A stretch of 64,000 bases of DNA, from contig CAJFCJ010000005.1 of the NCBI GenBank assembly GCA_904063045.1, positions 354,003-418,002 of the forward strand, given 5' to 3'. Under the pieces are notes generated by a model. That model was not told the DNA's origin. It was given only the letters and a program-made list of their open reading frames with translations, and did no database searches. The position numbers and the translations under genes were made by a program. The first letter of the stretch is position 1. Each line of letters begins with the position of its first letter. This document shows, piece after piece, positions 1-14,376 of the stretch. The DNA comes from Dimorphilus gyrociliatus. Taxonomy: Eukaryota; Animalia; Annelida.

Positions 1-300
1 TCATAATAATAAAAAAAGATTAAATGATAGAATATGCTATTATCCTTCAATTGGAGCAAATAGTATTTTTTATCCCCCCCTCCCGTATAACAGTTTTTTA
101 GAGCGTTTTATCTATTTATGATATCATGATTGATATTATGCGCTCTTGAAAATGACCTAATTACAATTGTAAAATTATTAAACCAAGTATAGAAATGTGT
201 TACATAAAAAAATGGCAATGAAGATTATATCTACATATGCGCTTATATAGTTATAACAATCTCTTTTCCAGTTGATACTTATTCAAGTTACGTTGAAAAA

Positions 301-1269
301 ATGAAACGAGCTCTTAACGCTATTGTTTATGTATTTCTCTTTTCTATTCTTCATAAAGAAATTGGTAATTTACATATCAATTGTTGATATTGTTGAAAAG
401 CATCTTTTTATAATTTTTTTTAGACTGCGAAACAAGATTCGGCTATGAACAGATAGATAATCTAGCTATTGAACAATCTGTATTTACTTATGAAGCTGAA
501 AATGGACTTGAATCCTGCTTTCAGAAATGTTCATATATCTATAATTGCTATGCATTTGCAATGGTAGATGATGATTGTTATGGATATGACAAAAGCAATT
601 TGGCCTTTGTTGAAGAAGATGATGATTCTACTCTGTACATCAGAGATTCAAAATGTAAATTCGTTATAATAATAACAATTCATGTTTCAAAATTCTCTTA
701 TTTGTTTCAATTTACTTAATAGATATTGCTGAAGGATACTTTGCAATAGATCAGAAAGCATCAGCAGGAAATGATATAAAAATTCTTACTGACACATCAT
801 TATCTATATGCGTAAGGGAATGTAATAAAACTATAAGTTGTAAAGCATTGGCGTACAACTTTGAAAAGAACAATTGTTGGTTAAAAGATACAGTTAGAAA
901 GGAAGAAGACTTTACTATACGGCCTCACTCAGTATTTTATACGAAGGATTTTAGAGGTAGAAAACTCTTTTAATATTACTAAACCTTATTTATTAACCCT
1001 TTTTTATATATCTATACTATACGTATATAGCTTTTGTCTCCAAGAAGATATACGATATACATCCTTTTCACACAATGAAAGGAATTATCTACTCTAAGAT
1101 TCCTAATACACCGGTTTTTGAATGTGCTAATAAGCATTGCTTCGAAAGTGCCGATTGTTTAGGTTTCGTATACTATAAAGGAGGATGTTACCTGTTCAAT
1201 GAAATTGTTGCAATTATACCAAGGCAAGATCGTTTCGCCTACACTAAACTAGACACCCAACTTTCTTAA
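301..1269 (+). CDS. Secreted protein with three PAN/Apple domains (4 exons: 301-364, 424-654, 723-956, 1031-1269)
   Basis: Signal-like exon MKRALNAIVYVFLFSILHKEI. Three GT-AG phase-1 introns (59, 68, 74 nt) join an open frame. Each later exon carries a PAN-type C-x3/4-C-x5-C...C pattern (CFQKCSYIYNC, CVRECNKTISC, CANKHCFESADC). Confidence 0.8.
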
Positions 1270-1447
1270 TTATTATAGATATTGCCATAAAAGAGAGAAT
1301 AGATATACTATACTGTGTTTATCTAGAGCGTCTAGCAAAACGTCTAAATTTTGTGTAAAATCAGTTTTTGTTATTTATGTATCATGTGATGGTGTACTTT
1401 ATTCATTCAATCATTGTTCACAGATAATTCTTTCAGTTCAAATACAT

Positions 1448-3489
1448 TCAAAATACAAGATATCCTTTAAGTACAATGCTTGGATTAAAGATCATGATAT
1501 CAATACTTTTTACTTTCGTTTTACAAGTAAAAAGATAGACTTTTTGAACTTTTCCTTTAGAATATCCAATACCAGATTGTTCACAATTAAATGAATTGAC
1601 CATACCATTTCCAATAACGTAGATATCATTTATTTTAACGTTTACCCCTGTTATTCCAATTCCAATATTATTATTAAGAATTGACTGTGGAATGGTAATT
1701 TTACTCAATCTCATAGTATCGCAATTAGATATCAAACTATCAATGGGGGCTGTTGTTGTAAACATGTATATAGGCCAAATAATGAATATATTAAAACATA
1801 CTTAGTGTATCTGACATGTATGCAAAATAAATAGCAATACTATCAATTCTAAGTTTAAAAGTTGCCTTTATTTCCATTTTGTTGATTGTAACTTCCTTTA
1901 GATGATAGCATACAGTATGTTGTATTGTATAATAGGTATTTGGGTACGTTTGTATAGCTAGTCCATTTGTACTGAAAGTTTTAACTGATACTCCATTATT
2001 AGTAGGGGAATTGTCCATCATTACTTGAACGTTTACAAACGTTTAATTAGACTGTATATTGTTTATTATTATAAATATTACCTTTAATACAGTAGTAATT
2101 AATAAGGGTTGGTTCGATATTTATCTTTAACATGTCATTCGATTTGAGATTAATACTTTCAGAACTTTTTATAAAGTTTCCGTTATGAATTGTCTTTGAA
2201 ATAGCATTTCCAGCTAAATCAATTGAAGTAATCATATCATTTTTCAATGTTGGTTTCCCTAAAATATTCAAAAAATTCTCCTGAACTACAATCTCTGGAA
2301 TATGTTAATTTTTATTTACATTTCATTTCGTTGCCTATGGAAACAGTTTTGCAATAAATATAAACATTCGATATTTGTAGAAAGTTATTCTTTCCAGGTG
2401 TACAAGTTGTTTTAAAGAGTAAATATCTTCCAGTTTTATAGTTTAATGATTTAACAACATGAGTTGTAAAATAATTTTTATAAGGTAAATCAACGTAACC
2501 AAGAATTTCATCTGCTGGATAATTGATCGTTTCGGGAAAATATCTCAAATATACGTACATTTTAAGTATATCGGGATCTTTAGAAAGATAATAATATGTT
2601 GTGAATAGAGAGCTTGAATAGGAATGTATAACATTTTAATTCTTACCATCATAAGCCATATTATCGAAAAGAACCGTTTTTATATCATAACTTTTTGTCA
2701 TATCAATTCTTAAAAATGGTTCACTATTTAACTCTTTGTCTTTAAAGACGTGTGTATTGAAGAGGCCATCACTTAAAACTAAAGGCTTGACTGCTTTCTC
2801 CTTACCGAAATGAATAAGGCTTGTTGTTAAATTATATAACATATCATCTGTTATATTTTGTTTTATTCGATGATATACAGTATACAGTATATTATTATTA
2901 TTAGATATTGGACTAAATTACCTGATTGTTTGACATAAGTTCCTCTTACTGTCATATCAGTTAGAGCAAAGTAATCAGAATGAAGTTTTTTTAATCTTAG
3001 AAAAGAGCCTTTGCAATTGCAACTACGGCAAATATAACTAGACTTTGATCTAATTGGATTACTAACAACTTCGTCTGGATAACTGAAACAAAGCTCTTCT
3101 TCGTCAAGTAGATGAATTTCGGCAAAAACTTGAAAATTTCTCAAAAATCCTTATTTAGATAGAAATGAGAAATTATTAAAAAATAATTCAAAACATTCAA
3201 TATTCCATTTACCAGAAGGTTGACTATTCCAGAAGCAAATTTCGGTTATTGAATAATAACCACCCAAATCTATTGTCAACCATCCAACGGACTTACGATC
3301 TTCGGCATAATTTGACAAATTATTATCGGAACTAACAGCGTATTTTGCCAAATGTTGATCCGATTGAGTAGTAAACTGATAAGCTGGACGCGATCTGGCA
3401 ATATTATCTTTTTCTTCAATAAAACATTCGCAAGATAGAAGAAAAGTTGAAATTTTAATAAATTTATAACAAGTTTTAAAACTAAGCAT
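1448..3489 (-). CDS. Secreted multi-exon protein with degenerate F5/8C (fucolectin-like) domains, paralog A1
   Basis: Signal-like N-terminus followed by NIARSRPAYQFTT...WLTIDLGGYYSITEICFWN, a typical F5/8C/FTP start. ORF-track fragments 3151, 2863, 2636, 2312, 2047, 1791 and 1448 are collinear exons matching paralog A2. Exact splice sites not all resolved. Confidence 0.7.
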
Positions 3490-4726
3490 ATTTTTTATTT
3501 ATTTTCTCTTCTAACTGTAAAGAAATTAACATCTTTCTTTTTACCTATAAATAAAGGTATAAATCATTAAAATATTTTTATATTCAAACATATTTTCAAC
3601 CAATTAGAATCCTTCATGAATAAATTAAATAGATTCATGTATATATTGTATACATGTATTAATTTAAACCAAATATTTTCCCTTGAATCCTTTATCTTTA
3701 TATTTTATATTAAATATTTAATAAGTAAATAATACCAAGTAAAAATATTAGTTGAAGAAAATCGGTAGAGTTAGGCCTATAACCTCTTCGTATCTCTCTT
3801 TTAATAAACGCGTTCATGTTTTTCTAGTATAAAACTGATTTTCATTAGTATTTTCTCTTTTCGAATAAAAGAATATAGAGGAAGAGGAAAAAGAGAAATT
3901 TGACAATTAACGTCTCGCATCTAGTACAAAAGTATGATGCGTATTGAATAAGAAAAGTAAATGTTGTCTTAGATATTTATATATTCTAAGAAAGCATTAT
4001 TTACATGACGTTTTCAATAATCTCTTTGTAATTATTAATTAATCAAAACGCTTTTACATTTACATTAGAGATTGTCTCTTCTCTCTTTTCATCAATGTTT
4101 TCATTTTGATATATTCTTACTAAATCCATTAAAGGTTTTGCGTCATTCTTCTATTCACCTTATTACCATTTATTGAATTTTAATTATCCAATCAGTTCAT
4201 AGTTTTCTTTGTCTTTTTTTTTCATATATTTAATCAATACACTCGTATCAATCTGTATTGTATCCTAACCACCGAGAAAACAACTCACTTCACTACTTTT
4301 CTACTCTATTTTCTGCGAAGAATTCAGCATTAATTTCTTATCTATTCATATTGTAGCAGAACTACTTGAATATGATTAAACACTGTGTTCAAACTTCTTG
4401 AATTGTTTTTTTTATAGTCAAGTTTACATAATGGACAAATAACTGTTCAAATAGCTTGGTTTTTTTGAAAAAATGATGGTTGATTGTGTCTTACTAGTGT
4501 TGAATTGAGATCGGAAGAACGCAAGAAGTTTCGTTAGTTAAATGATATCTTTCGTTTCTTTACATTCCTTTTATTAAATAACCTTAACCGTCAATATTTA
4601 CTATCTATATAGTAAATACGGAAGGGAAAATTGTGTTTAAACTTAAGAAACTATCCATTAGAAGTAAGTTTGATTAAATAGACTGTAAATTAAATGATAA
4701 TGGCCCCTTAACATAGAATAGTAATG

Positions 4727-4752
4727 TATATACTGTATATATACAGTATATA
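4727..4752. repeat. Perfect 26-bp palindrome TATATACTGTATATATACAGTATATA
   Basis: Base-by-base self-complementarity checked; centre at 4739/4740. Confidence 0.85.
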
Positions 4753-5133
4753 TCACTGCGAAAAAGGTAGCTATGTTGTAGTATTTATATTCTACAATGG
4801 TAAAAAACAAAGCTGTTATAATCTTTTTCTACCGTTTCGTCAACCTTAAAATACGATTGTTTTCCAGTTGTTTTATTTGAATAACATCTAATTGAATCCT
4901 CTCCCTTTGAATGTTCTGGTTGAACTCTTTAGTAGTAAAGTAAAGCTGACCTTATCTGATATCCTCAGGACATTTTCGATATTGTAAAAGTAACTGTATA
5001 TACTGTATATATATTATATGTTTATTTAGTCTAGTAGTGTATTAAACATGAACATTTCTTATGTTTTATTGTTACAAATACGACATCAACACTTTACAGA
5101 GAACATTTAATTAATGTAAAGTAAGCAATTTAT

Positions 5134-7180
5134 CTATATTAAAAGAACCCCTTGTACCAAATCGGCTGATTTGAATGTATAAACGTCTACAGCCTTCATA
5201 TTTGAACCACAAAAGAAGACATACGTATTATATGAATTATAATTTTCTACTACTGAATTCAAATTGCATTGTTTGAATTTTTCTCCAATATAGGCCAAAA
5301 TAATTATATCATCCATATCGGTAATATTCCCCCTAATAACCACACCAAGATAATTATTACTATTCAATAAAGAAAAGTATATTTTCTTAGGATTCATATA
5401 TCCGCATTCATTTACAGGCATAATATTTTCTTGAATAGTTCAAAAACAAAAAAAAAGAACGTCATAATTATTGAAATTAAAGATAATAACTTACCAAAAT
5501 TCATTCCTACAGGTTTAAGAAAAATACCAATGCCTGTAATGTTCACATTATTTACTGCTGTCAATCTCAATTCATTTGAAAATGCATTAATTGCAGTATT
5601 TGTACCAATTTTATCATAATTTCTATGATATATACCGAAGAAATTCATCATATATATGATATTACCATTATAGAACATTGCTAATTTTAATTGTTTCGTA
5701 ATAGAATGATTGTAAAAAGAGACTGAAATAAAAAAGAATAATATGTATATTGTAAGAAATGTTATACTTTGAATTACCTTCTACAACTACATAATTTACT
5801 AGTATAGTTGGAAATTTTATGGTTATATAATCGTCTTTTTCAACAGAGATAATCCCTTTAGGTCTTGCTAAGGAATCTTTTACTGTTAGATTTGAATATT
5901 CAATTCCATTGTGTTCGATTTTTTTGATGTTATTGTTAAATACTAACACTGGTACTTGAAAAGTATAAAAACAACAATAAGAATTATTGATAGTTAATAC
6001 GCTTAAATGTTAAATTAACCTTTTACATTCTCATTTTCTTTGGACGTTTTATAATAAATATAGATATTCGAGATATTCAAACTAACATGATGAATTATTG
6101 ATCTAAAAACTACGTATCTTCCAGTAAAATAATCATTTCTTGTACTAACGTGCGTCCTCGAAAATTCAAAGCACTTTATTGTCATTGACTTGAAACAGTC
6201 TCCATCGAAGAAAGTATAATGATCTGGTATATTTTTTATATAAATCGACATTGTCCTGATTAAAACATCTACAAAAAATAACGATTTAGGCTAAAGAATG
6301 AGAATTTTTAAATGGTATTACAAGGGCACTTTGGAAAATCAAATAGAATGGTTTTAATATTGTAATATTGCTTCATATCTACAATAATTATAGAATAATA
6401 TTTTGATGGTAAAATTTCTACTGCAGTATCGAAGAGTCTATCGGAAAGGATATTTGAATCTAGAATTCTGCCGTCTCCTGTCTCTATATCAGCTTTATCC
6501 AACAGAAAAAGTTGTTCATCTTGAAAAGAATTAAAAATAGATTTGTTTCATCCATTTCATCTTCTATTCAACACTTTTACAACTACAATTCCTTTAATTG
6601 TATAGTAACTCACCTGCTTCTTTTAATAAAGTTCCTTTTGCTTTTAAATCTGTTATTACTAAAGAACCATATCCGATACTCCTCAATCTTAAAATACTAC
6701 CTTGACAATTACAAGACCAACATTTGTAACTAGGGGTAGCCATTTTCAAAACTTGAACTACTACAGAAACGCATAAACTGGACTGGTCGCCCATTGCCTT
6801 TTCAGCGTAAATTCTAAAATTCCTCAACACTTTGGATAGAAATTTTAATCAATTTATTAGAAAGATAAAAGGGAAAGTTGTTAATAATAGTAACCAGGTA
6901 ATACACTGTTCCAAATACATATTTCAGTTATTCTATAAAATCCTTCTAAATCAGTCAACCACCAACCAAGATGAGATTTTTCATCATACGAATATTTTTC
7001 AATAGGAATATTATCTTTACCAGTTATGGCAAAAATTGCCAAATTGTCATCGCTTTTCGTACTAAACTGATAAGCCGGTCGGTATTTTACTATATTATCA
7101 ATTTCATCAATGAGACATTGACATTTGAGAAGATATATTAAAAATATGCTTAATTGTATCATCATATTCTTATGGTTCAT
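5134..7180 (-). CDS. Secreted multi-exon protein with degenerate F5/8C (fucolectin-like) domains, paralog A2 (tandem direct duplicate of A1)
   Basis: Signal peptide, then NIVKYRPAYQFSTKSD...WWLTDLEGFYRITEICIWN. Exon series parallels A1 (MRNFQVFAE/LRNFRIYAE, CRSCNCKGS/CWSCNCQGS, TGRYLLF/TGRYVVF). Confidence 0.7.
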
Positions 7181-9065
7181 TTTCTAAACTTTTTATCAAG
7201 TTAGTAGTTGCTTTCCTTTGATAATGAATGCAAACGAAAGTTGGTGAAATTTTTATCTTTCAACTGTAGATTAAGATCAATAAACTTCTTAAAAAACTAT
7301 TTTAAAAATGTTTCGGTAATTAACCAAGTCAAATAAATTATGAATATTTATTACAGAATCAATTTCAATGAATAATAATCACTTCCAAGATAGTTCAATG
7401 ATATAGAGGTGAAGCGAAGGTGGCAATTTGACAGGTTTACTTTTATTTTTAATAGTTTAGTCATCTATTCGAAAGGTTTAAATGGGTTCAACAGAACAAT
7501 TTATTTCAATATACTAAAGGATGGGTTACTTTTTTAGACTTTGTATCTTTTTTCCCTCCAGGTCTTTTGATTTTTATGGGTATTACATAATAGTAAGTGA
7601 GGAAAATAACAGAAATGTGGCTATATATATAAATTTATATGTTTATTAATTATCTAATATCATAGGTACTACTTCTTTCAATAGCAAGTTTATAAGAGAA
7701 AATAATAAGATACACGTTTTTTATATTTAGTATGAGAAAAATAAGTTAATGTAAATAAAGTACACATGTTTAGATATTTTATATTGAATTTTTATTCACA
7801 AGTCCATTAACTGTGCAAGTTTATCTACACACATTACTCTTATAACATTTATTCTTTAATGTTATTTTGTCCAATGTCGATAGCTATTCCATCCAATGAA
7901 CTACATCATATAAGTCATTCTATTGCCAAATAATGATAGTAAAAAGGTATGGGAGTAATTCAAAACCTTTTAAATTATAGTAAAAGATATAATTCGATTT
8001 CAGTAATTGAACTAGATCTATCCAACTCTGAATAATTTAGTGGAAAATCGATTTACTTCTTTCTTAAGCTTTGCTAATGTGTATAAAAAAATTTTTCAAA
8101 GAATATTTGAAAGTGTTTACAGCATTCAGAATATCAAGTTTACTTTAGTTGTTTGGTTTTCTCGAAAGAATAGGCTAGTTTTTCTATTTAATCAAATATC
8201 TTCGCTAAACCTTCAAGTCATTTTTCTAATGGTCATCTACAGTAACTTTGCCTATCTGAGTCAAGGTAAGACTGGAAAAGTAAGACTTTATCCATGATTT
8301 TCTTAATTTTTCTTCACAGTGAATTGAGTAAAGCAAGTGAAAAGTTAAGGAAACTGTGTTAAAAGTACCTGTAAAAGGTTCAAATTAGATCCAGGTAAGC
8401 CTTTTCTTTTCATTAATTTAATAGAAGCGTATACAAAAAAGCTATTTCCGGTTAATTATACATATTTAATAATATCTATATCACTGATAGAATAAGCATA
8501 ATCATATATCATTTATATTTATTTCATATCCAAGTCCATTGTTAATAACTATCATGTATCTCATGTCATTTTTTATGTATATTTGTGAGCAATCAATCCA
8601 TATGTAAAAACACAAAAAAGACTCTGATTACTGTAGGAAAGACAAGAGTATATTGACCCTTCTCTCCTTTGAAATATGTATTGTTAAATGTGACTATGCT
8701 CTATAATTAGGCGAAAAATTCACTTTAAAAAAGACACGCTAATAGCTCAGCAAAATATCTTAGTAACGATCTGTTTTTTATTTAGTTTACCGAACAAGAA
8801 AGTTGTATAGTGTACAGTTTATACAATAGATTGAATTCTATTTTTTAAGTCATTTATAAAACTTTAAGCATAATAATTTATAACTTGTTCGTAAATTTAT
8901 TAAAATATCATATACTGTACATATTAATAAATTAAGAAAATTTCATTAAATATATGTTAATTAATAATAATAGGTCAGATCAAAAGGATCTCTGTTAAAA
9001 AAAGATTCAAGTATACTGTAAATCGACGAAATTCTTATATCTTTAGAATAAATTCCAATGCTTTC

Positions 9066-12000
9066 TTAACAAGAAGGTATCCTCATAGCGATTTGATACA
9101 TAATATAAGTTTCCTCCGAAGTAAAAGACGTCACACTATAACTCATATTAAAAAATAGAGAAACGTCTGAAAATCTACAAATTTTACTATCGTACGAATA
9201 AGATATACTTTGGCAACTTGATAACGTTTTACAATGAGTTAGACAAGATAAAAAGTTATTATTATCATTTGACAGAGAAGTTACAAGTTCTTCTTTGAAT
9301 TGAATATTTCCTCTTTTCATAGAGTATTGAAATTCTTTTGAATAAGAAATCATATAGAATGATGGTATTTGAACATACTGTATACAGTTTTCATTAAATT
9401 ACATACCTAAATTTAATGGTTTATTCTGTGCAATAATGTAAAAATCACAAAATTGAATAATATTGGTGTCTGATTCCATTAGAATCGATTTTATTGCCAT
9501 ATTGATAAAGCATTCAAAGAATAGTGTTGTGTTTGAAATAATTACAATATTCTTCTTCCAAATATCACATTCAATTTTAGATTCACCATCGAATCCGTAG
9601 ACTTTTATATCGCCTCCCTGAAAAGTTTCGTTTACTTGAAATCCAAATCCTAACATTCGATAAAGACCATTAAATTGAATCAAAACTCTTGAATTTTTCA
9701 ACAAACATTCCAAATGATTTATTGTTTGTAAATGTGTTAAATCAAATATTTTAGATGGATATATAACGGTATTAAAAGCTGTCATGTACACGTACTATAT
9801 ACTGATGTATATATAAATAATAAATAACTTAATAACATACTCTTTTCAAGTGAATTTAAATTTTTTCCATAAACAACAACTTCGCAAAGAATAAGTTTTC
9901 GATTTCCATGACTACGATAAAATGATACTTTATCACCAATTAAGGAACAGTTGAAATGTATTAGGGAATGCCTATTCTTCCATTGATCGATAGATTGACC
10001 GCATATTTTCCTTTCGGGAGTTCTAGAGTTCTGTTCAACCGATACTAAAACATTTCTAAAGACCTCTTAAAGTAAATGATAACAGAAAAATGAAATATAG
10101 TTAGTATTAAATGATAATTAATTACCACTAGTCTGACTTATCATTACTACTACTTGTTCAATTCTATATGTTGATTGCAAATAAACGGAGATTCTACTCT
10201 CCTGCCAATGTAAAACTTCCGTACAAGATGTTTCAAGTCTATTTATAAAGTAGTTGAAGTTATTTCCATCAATTACTTTTATTGGAAATTTAAGATAATA
10301 ATAACTCGGTTTAATTTCTGAATTTTCGTCTACTTTTACTAGTTTTAATCTGGTGAAATTATCACTTAATATTTCAGTTCCATATGCTTCAATTTCAGCA
10401 AAAGTAATAGACGGTTCACCAAGGAAATAAACGACCAACGAACGGCCAATTGGATTAGGATTATCACATTTAAAAATTCGATATCCATATAACAAAATAT
10501 CATCAGTATTAGTGACGCAATTTTTGCTTTTATCATTAAAATCGGATGATGAATGTTCGTAGCCGTAGGACATATAAACAGTAAATTTTTCAACTCCCAT
10601 AAAGGCTGATTAATAATAATGTCTTTATCATTAATTTTCTAAATAGGTTTTAGTTAAAAACGTACTGTTAGAGTTCATAACTCCAAATGCAGAGATTTGG
10701 TAATTCTCTAGTAAATCAATTAATATCCAATTGTTTCTCTCTCCGGTACCACCCATAAAAGTATTTATATTGTCATCTATCACCAGAATATCGGTCATCT
10801 TTCCCCAAGATACAACCATTTTTCTCTTTAAAATATTAACTGAATCTTGGACTATGAAGAGGCATTTTTAAAAGAGGAAACTGTATTAAAATCTCTATAT
10901 ACATAATATGGATACCTGGTTCACCAACATAATCACCAAATACTTCAATACTACTTAAATTAAAGGTTATTTCAAAGACTGAATTCTGTTCCAATATGAC
11001 AAATTGACCAGAAACACCACCGTCTTTGCAGACGGTTGTTATCTTTCCAAGACTATCAGGATTTGTTTGAACATTTCCACATAGCGTTTTATTTACATTC
11101 AACCACGATTTAGCTGGATTTTCATCCGCCAACTTTAACACTAAATCATTCTGTATTATCTGAAATTCTGTCAGATCAATTATATAAATCTTATATCTTC
11201 TTTCAAGATTTATCGCCAGCCAAGAATCATGTTGAAATGTGTATGTTTCGTATAGATCATATTTTTGAAGATTTAATATATATATAGATGATTTATTGTA
11301 AAGATTCGTTGCAATTGGTCGTTTAAAACTTAAATTATCTATTTTATATTGAAAAACGCTTTATTAAAGTTAATTAATCATGTAATATTTTAAAAATAGC
11401 ATTCTCTACAAACCAACATAAACTTCTACTTCACATATGTATCTTGGATTACTATCCGTATGCCGGATGTATACCGAATTTCCCCTTTGAACGCTACTCA
11501 TACATACAACTTCAGTTGATGTTCCATTATTTAATTCAACTTCCATTTTACAAGTATTAGGGGCTCCCGAAACGACGACATCTACAATTTGAATAACTAA
11601 GGGAGGAGAAGAAAATTGACATTTCGATCAGCAAAATATATCTATAAATAACATACAATCCGTATAGGGCGTCCAAATTATCACTTTCTTAATAGGCAAT
11701 TCATAGTCGAAACTTACACGTATAAAAGAATTTGAAAGAATATGCAGACATCCACCTAATGACGCATCAGGCAAAGTTATACCATCTGTTGCGTGAGCTC
11801 TATTATTAACATCTCCTGATTGTGTTACCCCAGAAGATGAACGATAAAGAGCAATATTTTTATCCGATACGGAAGTTAAGCCAAAACATTTTACTCTATT
11901 TGTATTGTAATTTATCTGATCAATATGTATCCTTACTGAATTATGTAACATTCTCATATCGTCTAAAACTTCATTAACATTCTTAGTTTGCCAATTGCCG

Positions 12001-12747
12001 TCCATTTCAAATGCACTATCTTTACAGCCAACTGTTTTCCACAATAACCGATAGCACTCTTCATGAGGAGGATTCGAGAAACCGCATATAGCATCTTTCT
12101 TATCTATTTATATCAATTAGGTTAAAAATAGTAAAGCCGGAAAATGTGTACAAACCTTTCAATATACTTGTATTATAATGAGAATTTGATGTCAAACCAT
12201 TCACAATGGCATTTTTTATATCGCATTCAAAGATATTGTTTACAGGAAAATCAAGATATCTTATTACCATAGCAACACAACTACTATCATTTAAACAAAA
12301 ATTATAACAATCATTGATAACATTAAAAGTTTTCTTTTCAATAGAGAATTCAGGATAATGCATTTGTTCCAATAAAAGAACGTTATCTAAGAAATGAAGG
12401 GAATAGATAGTAACAATACAAATTAAATGTATTAAAAGATCAAACCGTCGCTGCATATATCTCCAGTAAATTGTGGTTTGCAACTACAAGAGCCAACATT
12501 GCAATATTCGACGGTGGAACAATCATTATTATTCACGCATGTCTTGTCTGAACGGAAAAAGATAAGATATTACATAACTATTTTAAAGAGATATCTAAAT
12601 TGTCTTTTTAATAATACTTGTTTGCTTTACAAGCTATCGTAAACAAAGAAACAAACAGATAACGATTTCTTAAATTTTGTACTTACCTGAGCTTGAAGTG
12701 CAATTTATGTAAAAGAGAGAAAATATTATATATATAGCACTATTCAT
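9066..12747 (-). CDS. Secreted mosaic protein: signal peptide-EGF-PAN-unnamed Cys/Trp module-multiple FTP/F5/8C domains-PAN, paralog B1
   Basis: Exon 1 12747-12687 (MNSAIYIIFSLFYINCTSSS, donor GTAAGT). Exon 2 12547-12446 is an EGF (CVNNNDCSTVEYCNVGSCSCKPQFTGDIC). A PAN exon starts at 12386. FTP-type motifs follow (ICEVEVY, GRSLVVY...FAEIEAYG, CEVVVYG). C-terminal PAN is CLTHCKTLSSC...C. Confidence 0.75.
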
Positions 12748-14051
12748 ATCGTTAGTTTAAATGGAATAGCATACGAACGTGGGACGACTACAACCTATAA
12801 CTATTAATTGCTTATTACAAAACACTAACTATTAATAGTTTATCATTATTTACAACAAAGGTTTTGACATGATCAATGTCATTATTAGTTATTTACATTA
12901 AAATTCTAAAGGTAAATTAAGCAATTCAGATATTCAAAACTATCGTTTTAAAAAATGATATTAGTATGTTGAAAGTAGAACTTCATTTTTTCAATGAAGA
13001 ATTAATTAATAAATAGTTTATTAACTTCTTTCTAAGGAGCATACTTTGAATTTTGTTTGTTTACCTCTAATAAAAGATAAATCTATAGGCAAAATTGTTT
13101 TAATTGAATAACTTATTGAATGTTTTTAGTTCTTTCAACGTTTCAACAATTGTTGATATTGTATTTCATGTAAGTAAGTTCCTCTCATTCAATTTTCACT
13201 TTCCGTAACGCTGACATATATTTGCAGAGAGAGGGAGAGAGAGAGTGAGAGAGAGAAAGTTTCACAATCTATCTTCATATAATTTTATACAACAAATACC
13301 AGCTAGCCTTTCATGCTATTCAATATATGCTATTTGCTATTTTACATAGATATTGCTTAACGCCATAAAACATAATTATTGATTAATATAGCATATTAAT
13401 AGCTTTAAAATTACAATTATACTAATATATATAGAATAAGCATATTACAGAAGATCATTTATCTATGGATAAAATTCAAATAATTGTAGGATGTTTTACT
13501 TAAATTCGATAATCCATTATATCGAGATAATCATATTTAATATAGGGATTATATAAAATGAGAACTTGGCTATATTAGTACTTAATATTTAATTATTATT
13601 TCTATACTTTCACTTAGACAAATAGAGAAACTCTTTGAAGTGGAGAAGTGTAATAAATTTGAATATTAATTATCTGAATTAGAGCTATATTATAGTTATT
13701 GAATAATTTGTAATAACTAAAATTAAATATGAAGCTTACACTTTGAACAATTTGCTCATCAACTTCATAATAATAAGATTATAGATTTCTTTCTTAGTTT
13801 AAAATAGATGAGTAGATTACATCTGTTTTTATTAGATCAATTTCTTTCAACTATTTAACAGTTAAAAGTAAAAAGATACTTTGATAATCATAGCCTAAAT
13901 ATATAATAATTGATGAATTTGTTCAATTTGGATATTCTGAATTAATTGTGATGGACATAGCTTGACTAGTTATAAATTTTGATAATTAAGTTAATTACCT
14001 TGAGAAAAGGGATTAAAAATGATTACTATTAAAAAAAAAAAAGTGATCCAC

Positions 14052-14124
14052 TGCCGGAACCCGGGATTGAACCAGGGACCTTTAGATCTTCAGTCTAACG
14101 CTCTCCCAACTGAGCTATTCCGGC
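14052..14124 (-). tRNA. trnF: tRNA-Phe (GAA)
   Basis: GCCGGAATAGCTCAGTTGGGAGAGCGTTAGACTGAAGATCTAAAGGTCCCTGGTTCAATCCCGGGTTCCGGCA. Cloverleaf with A/B boxes and a downstream T-run. Confidence 0.97.
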
Positions 14125-14304
14125 CGATATGTAAACTTGAAATAAATCTTCATTTTTATTTACAAAAGTATTTTGTTCAAGAATTAAAGTTCTACTTTAA
14201 CTGATGAAAAAGGTAAAAAAAAGAACCAATAAATCAAACCTATACATAAAAAAAAGATAAAGACGTAAGTCATTTCATATAAATTAAAAAGAAAAAAAAA
14301 GAAT

Positions 14305-14376
14305 CTCCGTGACGGGGAATCGAACCCCGGTCTCCTGAGTGACAGTCAGGGATACTCACCACTATACTATCACGGA
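14305..14376 (-). tRNA. trnD: tRNA-Asp (GTC)
   Basis: TCCGTGATAGTATAGTGGTGAGTATCCCTGACTGTCACTCAGGAGACCGGGGTTCGATTCCCCGTCACGGAG. All stems pair, discriminator is G, and a T-run lies downstream. Confidence 0.95.

Noticed and set aside
8040-8400. 85-aa ORF and two strong GTAAG donor-like sites in the A2-B1 spacer
   Set aside because: No coherent exon chain or recognisable protein could be built.
12387-12483. ORF-track N-terminus MQRRFDLLIHLICIVTIYSLHFL looks like a signal peptide for gene B1
   Set aside because: 12445-12387 is a GT-AG intron. The upstream sequence in another frame is a clean EGF exon, and a better signal exon with a GTAAGT donor lies at 12747-12687.
14019-14204. 61-aa plus-strand ORF
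   Set aside because: Antisense reading of tRNA-Phe.
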